From: a virus
Taxonomy: Duplodnaviria; Caudoviricetes
DNA length: 50,393 bases
IMG/VR virus record: IMGVR_UViG_3300023443_001574
Coordinates: 1 to 50,393 of that record
Direction: 5' to 3' (one strand)
Position numbers and translations under genes: made by a program. This document shows, piece by piece, positions 18,940 to 26,641 of the stretch (the stretch's first letter is position 1; every line of letters starts with the position of its first letter). The notes under the pieces were generated by a model that was given only the letters and a program-made list of their open reading frames with translations, was not told the origin of the DNA and did not search any database.

Positions 18940-18996
18940 AACTATTTTGACGGATATATTATTATAATAATATATTGATTGAAAAAGTTGTGAAAC
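18933..18996. promoter_or_regulatory. 64-bp imperfect palindrome; bidirectional promoter
   Basis: Perfect 22-bp core ATATATTATTATAATAATATAT (18954-75) and perfect 11-bp outer arms GTTTCACAACT/AGTTGTGAAAC that contain both GTG starts. Confidence 0.75.
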
Positions 18997-20714
18997 CGAG
19001 CAAGATTCGTTTAGGCTATGAAATTGATACTGGAAAAGAGATCCAGATATCACCATCACATCTCATCGTTACCGGATTAAGCCAGAAAGCAGGCAAAACC
19101 ACAACGTTAGAGTCTCTAATCAAACGGAGTGGTTCAAAGGCAATTGTGTTTAGAACTAAAATTGGTGAAAAAAGTTTCCTGGATGGAACTGTCATTCCTC
19201 CATATTTCAAAGAAAAAAGTGACTGGCAATACATCGAGAGTTTGATTGAGGCTACAATGAAAGAGAAAGTTGGCAAGCTAGATAGAGCTGTCATAATCAA
19301 ACTCTCAAAAATGACGAGCGGAAAATCATTATTAGAATTTAAAAAAGTGGTAGACAACAGACTGCTAGAAAAAATAAACACATTCGAAAGCATGTTGCTA
19401 ACTAATCTGCAAGCATATCTTGAGATTGTGTTGCCAAAATTGCAGACAATACAATTTTCAAACACTCTTGAACTTGTCAATGGTCTCAACATAGTTGACC
19501 TGGAAAGATTCAGCAGAGACGCAGAAGTGCAGAGTCTAATCATCAGCAGTGTTCTTGAAGAAGTACTACATAATCACAAAGGCGTCATTGTGGTAATTCC
19601 AGAAGCTTGGAAATTCATTCCACAGAAAAGAGGAAATCCATGCAAAATGGTTGTAGAGGAATTCATCAGACAAGGAGCCACTAACGGAAATTATCTCTGG
19701 ATAGATTCTCAGGATATGTCAGGCGTTGACAAAACTCCTTTGAAGCAAATCTCAGAATGGATACTTGGATATCAATCTGAAATGAATGAAGTGAAACATA
19801 CCTTAGACCAAATACCACTACCAAAACAAAGTAAACCAAAAGAAGATGAAATCATGACACTAGGAACTGGCATCATGATATTTGCCAGCAGGGATTTGAC
19901 TGCCAAAGTCTACGTCCAACCTTTCTGGTTGAATGATGAAAAATCAATACAGATAGCAAAAGGTGAATTAAAAATAACAGAAATCGATGCTCCAGAACGA
20001 ATAGTTCAGAGTAAAATTGCAATTCAAACCACTCATGATGATGGAGTTGGCAATGAAGAAGTAAAAGGACTGAAACAGCTTATCAGCAAAGAGTTGATAG
20101 ATATGAGAACCGACTTTTTCAATAAAATAGGAGACATACAAGATCAAATAAACAAAGTCTTTGTAGATATTACAGGAATCAAAACCTCTACACCAGTCAT
20201 TGATGAAGATTCTATAGCATCCAAAGTATTACAAAAAATTCCACAACAAAATCATTCATCAAATCCTGTTGACAAGCAAACATTAATTGCTGAGATTATG
20301 GCCAAGATTCCAGCGTCTCCAGGGGCCATGACTTATGAAATAGCTCCACTTGAAAAAATCAAGAAAGACTTTTTGGAAGAAGCAAAGCAGAAAATTCTTG
20401 CTGATGTTGGAGAATTATCCGATGATGCAAAAAAGACGCTAAAATATTTGGAAGTAAAAAGTAAATTGGTAAAAACAAATGAATTGGTTGAAAAATGCTT
20501 TTTGATGAAAGCTGGAGGAAGTGCTTCCAAGAAAGTAAATAATGCCAGTTTACAACTTCGTGGCTTTGAACTTGCTAGAAAAGGAACTCACAGTGATCAA
20601 GAAGGATGCCTGAAATCTAGGATACAATCTTTGTTGGGAAATCATGAGGCAACAGAACAAGAAATAGAAAATCTGTATCAGCATATTCTCATGGAAATGT
20701 TAGGAGGTGATTAA
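18990..20714 (+). CDS. HerA/FtsK/VirB4-like P-loop ATPase with C-terminal coiled-coil and possible winged helix
   Basis: HLIVTGLSQKAGKTT and VIVVIPEAWKF; GTG 18990 preferred (alternative TTG at 18975). Confidence 0.7.
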   Translation: MKPSKIRLGYEIDTGKEIQISPSHLIVTGLSQKAGKTTTLESLIKRSGSKAIVFRTKIGEKSFLDGTVIPPYFKEKSDWQYIESLIEATMKEKVGKLDRAVIIKLSKMTSGKSLLEFKKVVDNRLLEKINTFESMLLTNLQAYLEIVLPKLQTIQFSNTLELVNGLNIVDLERFSRDAEVQSLIISSVLEEVLHNHKGVIVVIPEAWKFIPQKRGNPCKMVVEEFIRQGATNGNYLWIDSQDMSGVDKTPLKQISEWILGYQSEMNEVKHTLDQIPLPKQSKPKEDEIMTLGTGIMIFASRDLTAKVYVQPFWLNDEKSIQIAKGELKITEIDAPERIVQSKIAIQTTHDDGVGNEEVKGLKQLISKELIDMRTDFFNKIGDIQDQINKVFVDITGIKTSTPVIDEDSIASKVLQKIPQQNHSSNPVDKQTLIAEIMAKIPASPGAMTYEIAPLEKIKKDFLEEAKQKILADVGELSDDAKKTLKYLEVKSKLVKTNELVEKCFLMKAGGSASKKVNNASLQLRGFELARKGTHSDQEGCLKSRIQSLLGNHEATEQEIENLYQHILMEMLGGD

Positions 20715-20804
20715 TTGAAAGTAGAATTTCATATCCAGAACAAAAAGGACTGTGATTACGCAATCAACACATTAAAGAAAATACAGGAATCTTATCCAGA
20801 GTGA
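20715..20804 (+). CDS. Microprotein (29 aa)
   Basis: TTG start with strong SD GGAGGTGA. Confidence 0.4.
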   Translation: MKVEFHIQNKKDCDYAINTLKKIQESYPE

Positions 20805-20840
20805 TCAAATTTTCTTTACCTAGCAGATCATATACATCAG

Positions 20841-20856
20841 AGGGGGTATACCCCCT
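20841..20856. promoter_or_regulatory. Perfect palindrome AGGGGGTATACCCCCT abutting ATG
   Basis: Read directly from the sequence. Confidence 0.5.
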
Positions 20857-21039
20857 ATGGAATACAAAGCTAATATCATGCTGGCCAATGTTGGACAAGA
20901 TGACGCCAAGGTCACACTATCTTTTTTTGTGACTGATGCAGGAAGTACAGAAGATGCAGAAGAAATCTATGAAGAACTCGCCAAAGTCATCAAAAAGCGT
21001 GGTGGCACTCAAAAAGAATCAAAAGAAAAAGAAGAGTAA
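20857..21039 (+). CDS. Hypothetical protein
   Basis: 60-aa ORF. Confidence 0.55.
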   Translation: MEYKANIMLANVGQDDAKVTLSFFVTDAGSTEDAEEIYEELAKVIKKRGGTQKESKEKEE

Positions 21040-21472
21040 ATTCGATAGGATTCATTTCTCTTCAAAAACCTACAAGCATAGGACTCCAATTGGATTATTC
21101 AAGGACCTGGACTCAGAGTTTCATTTCAATTTTGATCCTGCACGTCCTCCAATAGTTGGAGACTACAATGAGAATGCACTAGTGAAGCCATGGATAATCA
21201 AAAAGCATCCAAAGAAAAAACTCAGAGTCTTTGAGAATCCTCCATATGATAGAAAGCTCATGGAGAGATTCATCATGAAAACATGTATGTTATTTTTCCA
21301 AGGAAAGATTGAGCTTGCAGTTTTTCTATTACCATTTAGAGCATCAGCAGTGAGATATCTTATCAAGCATTTTCACAAAAAAGTTGAGTTCAGACTTCTA
21401 ATAGACAGAGTCAGATTTGGAACTGCAGAGAATGGAGCTCCATTTGATAGTGTGGTGGCCATCCTAAAATGA
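20936..21472 (+). CDS. Phage-type DNA N6-adenine methyltransferase (true start probably GTG near 21000)
   Basis: RTP..LF..LDSEFHFNFDPA, FENPPY, VFLLP, RVRFG...APF motifs. Confidence 0.85.
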   Translation: MQEVQKMQKKSMKNSPKSSKSVVALKKNQKKKKSKFDRIHFSSKTYKHRTPIGLFKDLDSEFHFNFDPARPPIVGDYNENALVKPWIIKKHPKKKLRVFENPPYDRKLMERFIMKTCMLFFQGKIELAVFLLPFRASAVRYLIKHFHKKVEFRLLIDRVRFGTAENGAPFDSVVAILK

Positions 21473-21556
21473 CTCAAATCTATATTTGTGTATGTCATAA
21501 AATAATTACTGGCAAAGAAAATTTTGCTAATCATCGAAAAAAATGTAGGAAGGTCC

Positions 21557-21862
21557 ATGACTCACAAGAACAAGCAAAAGGGTAACAACTATGAACATCG
21601 TTTCAATGCCAGGTTGAAACTCCAGGGAATGAAAAAAGTTTGGAGGCATTTTGGTTCTCTGGGAGCTACTGATGTGGAATGGACTGACAAAGATGGCCAG
21701 GAACACGAAGCTCAACTAAAATTCTCCAGCATCCAGCAGCCAAAGTTATCAAAGAAACACCTGGAACTGCTGAAAGAATATGCCAAGCAAAGATCCCACA
21801 AAAAGATCTGGACTGTTTGCAAGCAATCTGGAAAACCTGAAGTGTGGACATTAATTGAGTGA
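21557..21862 (+). CDS. hjc: Archaeal-type Holliday junction resolvase
   Basis: KGNNYE..., RxxGSLGATD, EAQLK (PD-(D/E)xK variant). Confidence 0.75.
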   Translation: MTHKNKQKGNNYEHRFNARLKLQGMKKVWRHFGSLGATDVEWTDKDGQEHEAQLKFSSIQQPKLSKKHLELLKEYAKQRSHKKIWTVCKQSGKPEVWTLIE

Positions 21863-21932
21863 AAAGATAAAAACAACGATCACTTTACCTAAAGCAAGAA
21901 TGGTCACAAAAGTTTGATGTTCCTAGAATTTC

Positions 21933-22001
21933 ATACTTTTCCCTGTGGCCTTCTAATATGTTTTTATTGTAGTATGTTCCTCATACTTTAGGGAAAAGTA
22001 T
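21933..22001. repeat. 12-bp perfect inverted repeat ATACTTTTCCCT/AGGGAAAAGTAT with 45-bp spacer
   Basis: Read directly; the right arm ends at the TTG start at 22001. Confidence 0.6.
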
Positions 22002-22177
22002 TGGAAAACAAATTAGAAACCCAAATGGGTGACGGCCATAACGTCAAAAAAACCGAGATTATCCAAGAACAAATTGAGCAGTCTTTAACATGCTTGAAAG
22101 AAAATCATCTCGGCATGGCTAGAGAATATCTAGTTAATGCAGTATTGCGATTGGACAACTTGGAGAGTGAAATTTGA
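22001..22177 (+). CDS. Hypothetical protein (58 aa)
   Basis: First gene of a translationally coupled chain. Confidence 0.5.
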   Translation: MENKLETQMGDGHNVKKTEIIQEQIEQSLTCLKENHLGMAREYLVNAVLRLDNLESEI

Positions 22178-22299
22178 TGGGATCTATATGTGGTTGTTGT
22201 GGTTACAAGGCAGAATCAACATCTATGATGTATGACCATTTCAAAAGAACTCATTGCTTTGTTGCAACAGATGTTTTTGATGAGGAGTTGTTGTACTGA
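22177..22299 (+). CDS. C2H2-like microprotein (40 aa)
   Basis: CGCC...HFKRTH; TGATG overlaps. Confidence 0.6.
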   Translation: MGSICGCCGYKAESTSMMYDHFKRTHCFVATDVFDEELLY

Positions 22300-22478
22300 T
22301 GGCTTCTGAACCAGAAGTAATCAAGCACATCATCGTCAAAGGCCATGATGATTGGAAGTACAGCCTTCACGTCACATTAGGACCAGTGGACAACCGGAAA
22401 GAGATCAAAGTCAGAGGAGATGACATGACAGAAGTTCTTGCTGACTATGACAAAATGAAAAAGGAGCTGATGAAATAA
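22299..22478 (+). CDS. Hypothetical protein (59 aa)
   Basis: SD GAGGAG; coupled overlaps. Confidence 0.6.
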   Translation: MASEPEVIKHIIVKGHDDWKYSLHVTLGPVDNRKEIKVRGDDMTEVLADYDKMKKELMK

Positions 22479-22630
22479 TGAGACGAGCAACAATAGTTCT
22501 CAATGACAAAGTTTTTGCAAAACTCCGTGACGTACAAGCCAAAAAACTCAAGAGAAGCACAAAGGCTGTCAGCTTATCTGCAGTCATCAATGAGATACTA
22601 GCAGGAGTCTTGAAGGTGAAGATAGACTGA
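22478..22630 (+). CDS. Ribbon-helix-helix-like protein (50 aa)
   Basis: MRRATIVLNDKVFAKLRDVQAKKLKRSTKAVSLSAVINEIL; resembles, from memory, small thaumarchaeal RHH proteins. Confidence 0.7.
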   Translation: MRRATIVLNDKVFAKLRDVQAKKLKRSTKAVSLSAVINEILAGVLKVKID

Positions 22631-22812
22631 TGGGCTACTACGAAGATCATCACAGAACACATTATTTGAAATGTGCTGTCTGTGGAAAAATGACAGAATT
22701 TACTGAAGAAGGATTCAATGCTGAGTATCTTGAACCACTTTGCAGTGCTTGCGAAAGTTCAGGTGAAGTGCCACAAGACTTCAACACTCCAAGCGGAGGA
22801 ACACGATTCTAA
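22630..22812 (+). CDS. Zn-finger microprotein
   Basis: CAVC...CSAC. Confidence 0.65.
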   Translation: MGYYEDHHRTHYLKCAVCGKMTEFTEEGFNAEYLEPLCSACESSGEVPQDFNTPSGGTRF

Positions 22813-22964
22813 TGGGAAAAGAAACTACAGGACTAAACTGCATGTTTTGTGGAACTGTCTGTCAGAAATTTCTTCCACATCTGGAAAAATATCACAAAGG
22901 AGCAATCGCTCCATTTCCTAAAACAGAAGAAGCAGCAGGCAAGTTTTTCAGGTGGCGCACTTGA
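22812..22964 (+). CDS. C2H2-like microprotein (50 aa)
   Basis: CMFC...HLEKYH; TAATG overlap. Confidence 0.6.
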   Translation: MGKETTGLNCMFCGTVCQKFLPHLEKYHKGAIAPFPKTEEAAGKFFRWRT

Positions 22965-23161
22965 AAACCACAGTTAATTTCTGTACTAAAGTAAGATTAG
23001 GCCATCTGAGAAAACTGAAATCAAAAAACTACAAGATAGACAAAATTCTCAACGTAGCTAATTCTATTAGAATCGAGAACGAAGACTATGTGATAATGCG
23101 CCTGGCATTCAGTTCCAATTCACGTGGCATGACACAGGAAATGTGGGTAGTTCCTAAATGA
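22961..23161 (+). CDS. Hypothetical protein
   Basis: TTGA overlap with SD AGGTGG. Confidence 0.55.
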   Translation: MKTTVNFCTKVRLGHLRKLKSKNYKIDKILNVANSIRIENEDYVIMRLAFSSNSRGMTQEMWVVPK

Positions 23162-23352
23162 AAACCACTAACGTAGACATCATCCAGGATACAAAAAGAG
23201 ACTACCAGATAGGCTGCAAGCATTGTGACTGGACAATTAACTATCTTAATACAACATACTGGAAGATTGAAAGAATGATGGAGATGATTGCAGCAATGCC
23301 TCATCTTCCAGATGCATGTGCACATAATTACGAAATCAGAGAACTAAGCTAA
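23158..23352 (+). CDS. Zn-binding microprotein
   Basis: CKHC...H....C.H. Confidence 0.6.
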   Translation: MKTTNVDIIQDTKRDYQIGCKHCDWTINYLNTTYWKIERMMEMIAAMPHLPDACAHNYEIRELS

Positions 23353-23408
23353 CACTCAATTTTTTTAATCTATTATCATTATTTTTTAATCTCAAAATAT
23401 CCTAGTCA

Positions 23409-23549
23409 ATGCCTAACGGACAATGGATCATAATACCATGTACTGTTCTTGACTGCCAAAGTTATCATGGAAGATGGTCCAAGTCCGGCAAGCAGCGAAT
23501 GGATGAACTGAAAGTTCCCTGTGAAAAACACAAAAATTCGGAAGAATAG
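23409..23549 (+). CDS. Cys/His microprotein (46 aa)
   Basis: CTVLDC...CEKH. Confidence 0.5.
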   Translation: MPNGQWIIIPCTVLDCQSYHGRWSKSGKQRMDELKVPCEKHKNSEE

Positions 23550-23611
23550 CTCAATTTTTTCAGAGTTTCTGTATTTTTGTATGTAAAATATTGCAGTAAA
23601 ATTGCCTAGAA

Positions 23612-24958
23612 TTGTCTGAACTGGAAGTAGAGACCCAAAAAATCCTAAAAATTACTCCAGAGGAAGAACTTGAGAAATTAAAAAACCAGGAAGCCTGGAT
23701 AAAACAACAAATCAATCAACCGGATTCTGTCTTACGTAACATCTATTCAACTGATTCTCCAAAAAAAGATTTGATTGTTGATTGGGCAACACAATTGGAA
23801 AGGCGATACGAACTTGAATTACAATTAAACTTAAAACCGATCGTCAAAGAAGTAGGAGCTATCTCAACTTACATCAAAGATGAATTGAGAAAACTCAAAG
23901 TGCATGAAAGTACACTGCATTATGTCCATGAAGTGCTAGGTGTTAAATACAAGTACGAGAGTAAGAATAGATATCATCAGGAAGATGATGAAAATGATTT
24001 GCGAGGTTCAACCACGCAAACTAGTTCCAACACGATCGCTGATTTTGCAACAGAAAACAAATCACTCATTGACACCATCAACCAACAAATGGATTTTTTA
24101 CACAATCTGAGAAATAAAGCAAAGTCATCAAGAATTTTATCTGCACTATCTCATGAAGAACGCTTAATGTATGAAGAAACTAACTTACGAATCCAGGCTA
24201 CACAATTGTTTGCAGCCCAGGTAATTGATGACAGACAAAGTGTTCCAATCAATGCACAACTAAAACTTGTGATGGCCATAGTTGCAGCAACTAACAATTA
24301 TGCTGCTGGCATGTACGTTTCACAAGTCAAACAACATGGGGCCAACAAAGCATTGGAATCAAAAGACTTTTTTGAACAAACCTCAAATGCTGTCCTGAAA
24401 ATATTTTCAAGTAAACACAAAAAACTTTTCAAAGAAACTTTCAGGAAAATCAAAAACCTTCGAGCTGCAATTCAAAAGGCTGAAGAAAAAAGAAAAACAA
24501 AATCAGATGTTCAGAATCCTGCTGATGCGATGACATCAAAGCAGGCCATGAAAATTGTTTATGGGTTGATAAAAAATGTCATACCACTTTTTGATCATAA
24601 AGATGTCAAAGGCCATCATGATAGAGACGCTGCACTAGTGGACGGCCACTATGGACTACACTGTCCTGAATGTGGAAGCTTAAGAGTGAGAGAAAAAGAG
24701 CATCCTGATTCACATGAATGGCTTTGCTTCTGTTATCACTGTGAATGGTGGTTTGAGGCCAAGACAATATCAAAATGCTGGAATTGCCACATTCCATTTT
24801 TCGATGACATTCTAGCCGTGATCCTGCAGACTGCTGTAGATATCACAAACAAGAGAGGCGAACCACTTGGAGCAAAAAAATGCGAATGTCCCCGATGTGA
24901 GAAAGAAGTCATTCTTCCTGCAAAAATGTTCCAGGCTCCAAAACTCCGGGGCAAGTAA
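23612..24958 (+). CDS. Helical protein with two C-terminal Zn ribbons, function unknown
   Basis: CPEC..CYHC and CWNC..CPRC. Confidence 0.7.
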   Translation: MSELEVETQKILKITPEEELEKLKNQEAWIKQQINQPDSVLRNIYSTDSPKKDLIVDWATQLERRYELELQLNLKPIVKEVGAISTYIKDELRKLKVHESTLHYVHEVLGVKYKYESKNRYHQEDDENDLRGSTTQTSSNTIADFATENKSLIDTINQQMDFLHNLRNKAKSSRILSALSHEERLMYEETNLRIQATQLFAAQVIDDRQSVPINAQLKLVMAIVAATNNYAAGMYVSQVKQHGANKALESKDFFEQTSNAVLKIFSSKHKKLFKETFRKIKNLRAAIQKAEEKRKTKSDVQNPADAMTSKQAMKIVYGLIKNVIPLFDHKDVKGHHDRDAALVDGHYGLHCPECGSLRVREKEHPDSHEWLCFCYHCEWWFEAKTISKCWNCHIPFFDDILAVILQTAVDITNKRGEPLGAKKCECPRCEKEVILPAKMFQAPKLRGK

Positions 24959-24997
24959 ATTCTCTAAAAGCACAACGTCTTTGTAAGATTACCAATT

Positions 24998-25051
24998 TAG
25001 ACAACCTGGCGATTTGTGCGATTCATAATTCACAAACTGCCAGGTTTTCTA
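24998..25051. other. Long intergenic stem-loop
   Basis: TAGACAACCTGGC..TTTGTG / CACAAA..GCCAGGTTTTCTA. Confidence 0.55.
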
Positions 25052-25219
25052 GGCAATTATGTTAAGTTATTTTGCATCATTCTTCTTATTAATTTCTGTC
25101 TGTCAAATATAGCGTGAAAACCGAACAATCAGCTCTAGATATTGCAGTTGAGAAACTAAACCTAAAAGACAAAATTCCACAACTAGAATCTGTATAACTA
25201 GACATTTCAGACAATTCTC

Positions 25220-25471
25220 ATGGATTATTTTTGCAAAAGTCATGTTGCCTTAGCTATAGATGCAGGCCTGGCCAAGTCAAAAGATGGTAAAGTCATCATA
25301 GAAAACGGAACTAAACCTTGTGAATGGAGCGGTTGTGGTACAACTACTCCTGACACTTACAAGATGACCTATGAGAAAGGAGAAGAGCCAACAACAACTA
25401 TTGGAGAATCAACTACAGCCACATCTGAGACACCATCACAACCTCAAGAAGAAAAACCAGTGCCAGCATAG
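25220..25471 (+). CDS. Zn-binding protein with T/E/P-rich tail
   Basis: CKSH...CEWSGC. Confidence 0.6.
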   Translation: MDYFCKSHVALAIDAGLAKSKDGKVIIENGTKPCEWSGCGTTTPDTYKMTYEKGEEPTTTIGESTTATSETPSQPQEEKPVPA

Positions 25472-25500
25472 TTTTCTTCTTTCCTCTATTTTTTTAACAA

Positions 25501-25616
25501 CCTGGTATTACGTAAGACATGGCAGTTCGTGCTGCCTGCACATTCGTTAGCTTTTGCGAATGCCAGGCTCCTGGATCAAGAGTCAGACCATGACTTTCTC
25601 TTCCAGGAGCTTTTTT
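25501..25616 (+). ncRNA. Candidate structured RNA: multi-branch fold followed by a strong hairpin and T6
   Basis: CCTGGTA/TGCCAGG closing stem, GGCAG/CTGCC and TTCGT/GCGAA arms, then GGCTCCTGGA/TCCAGGAGCT and TTTTTT. Confidence 0.4.
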
Positions 25617-25771
25617 ATCAAACTATGCAATATACTATATGAATTGAAAATGGGAAGTAGTGAACCCATTTTATAATTCCTCGGCTCAGGAGCAGCATTA
25701 TCAATCTCTGTGATGAGAGAGCCTAAATTTCTTAACTAAACAACTTTTCAGCTTTCATCTCAACAATTTAC

Positions 25772-25915
25772 ATGGCCAGGATGCAGCAATGCTACATATG
25801 CAGAACCCTCACTAACAAGGAGGACCTCAAACCGTTGCTAAGTCGAACTCATGAGTACAAAGTTTGTGACTGTTGTTTTAATTACTGGTGTGCCATACAA
25901 TTGAGATTGATCTGA
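25772..25915 (+). CDS. Zn-finger microprotein (47 aa)
   Basis: CYIC...CDCC. Confidence 0.6.
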   Translation: MARMQQCYICRTLTNKEDLKPLLSRTHEYKVCDCCFNYWCAIQLRLI

Positions 25916-25916
25916 A

Positions 25917-26051
25917 ATGCCAATAGAATATGAAAAACTATCAACAATCATCTGCGCCTGTTGTGGAATAAAACTCAAGGGAGTATGGCTGTGTGCAAAA
26001 TGTGGCACAGAGAAAGACAGTGAAATCAAATGTCCAGGAGACCATTCATGA
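25917..26051 (+). CDS. Zn-ribbon microprotein (44 aa)
   Basis: CACC...CAKC. Confidence 0.55.
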   Translation: MPIEYEKLSTIICACCGIKLKGVWLCAKCGTEKDSEIKCPGDHS

Positions 26052-26266
26052 GCTTACTTCATCAAATCCCATGTCCATATTGTGAGGGAGTAATGGGATG
26101 CTTTGCAACTTTCATCTATCATATGGGAAAGCAATGCCAAAGCGAAGAACACAAAGCTAAGCAAAGAGAGTATAAGGCAGGAATAGAACATGATTGGAAA
26201 TGCAAGTCGTTCCTGATTGAAGTTCCAAAATTAAAATTCAAAATTCCAGAGAAAGATGTAGTATGA
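26048..26266 (+). CDS. C2H2-like Zn-finger protein
   Basis: CPYC...H....C....H; ATGA overlap. Confidence 0.6.
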   Translation: MSLLHQIPCPYCEGVMGCFATFIYHMGKQCQSEEHKAKQREYKAGIEHDWKCKSFLIEVPKLKFKIPEKDVV

Positions 26267-26469
26267 AAGACATCAATGATATCATGCCAAAGATTCCCAA
26301 CATGAGATGGGGGGCTCTAATGAACTGGAGAGCATCAAATGCTGAACTTAAACAGCTTGATAAAATGATACCCAATGACAAGAGATGGCATACAATATTC
26401 CAAGACGAAGAATCAACTCACTTTGACAACAGGACTATAAGAAATCGTACTGCTGAATCAATGACGTGA
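26263..26469 (+). CDS. Small protein, possibly host-derived
   Basis: MKDINDIMPKIPNMRWGALMN...WHTIF resembles, from memory and unverified, a conserved Nitrosopumilus hypothetical protein. Confidence 0.6.
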   Translation: MKDINDIMPKIPNMRWGALMNWRASNAELKQLDKMIPNDKRWHTIFQDEESTHFDNRTIRNRTAESMT

Positions 26470-26542
26470 GCAAGAATGCAAAATACCCAAAACACGGTAA
26501 AGGAAAAGCAGTATCATACAAATTAACTGCTGAATCAGTGAC

Positions 26543-26641
26543 ATGAATAGATGCAAATTCTGTGGTCATTTACTAGTATATGAAAAACATAGATGTCCTG
26601 TAAAACGAAGATTACTCTGGATGAGTGAATGTGAAATATGA
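26543..26641 (+). CDS. Cys microprotein (32 aa)
   Basis: CKFC...HRC; ATGA overlaps. Confidence 0.45.
   Translation: MNRCKFCGHLLVYEKHRCPVKRRLLWMSECEI

Noticed and set aside
25501-25567. Canonical tRNA gene
   Set aside because: Lacks the GTTC T-loop, D-loop GG and 7-nt anticodon loop on either strand; kept only as a tRNA-shaped candidate.
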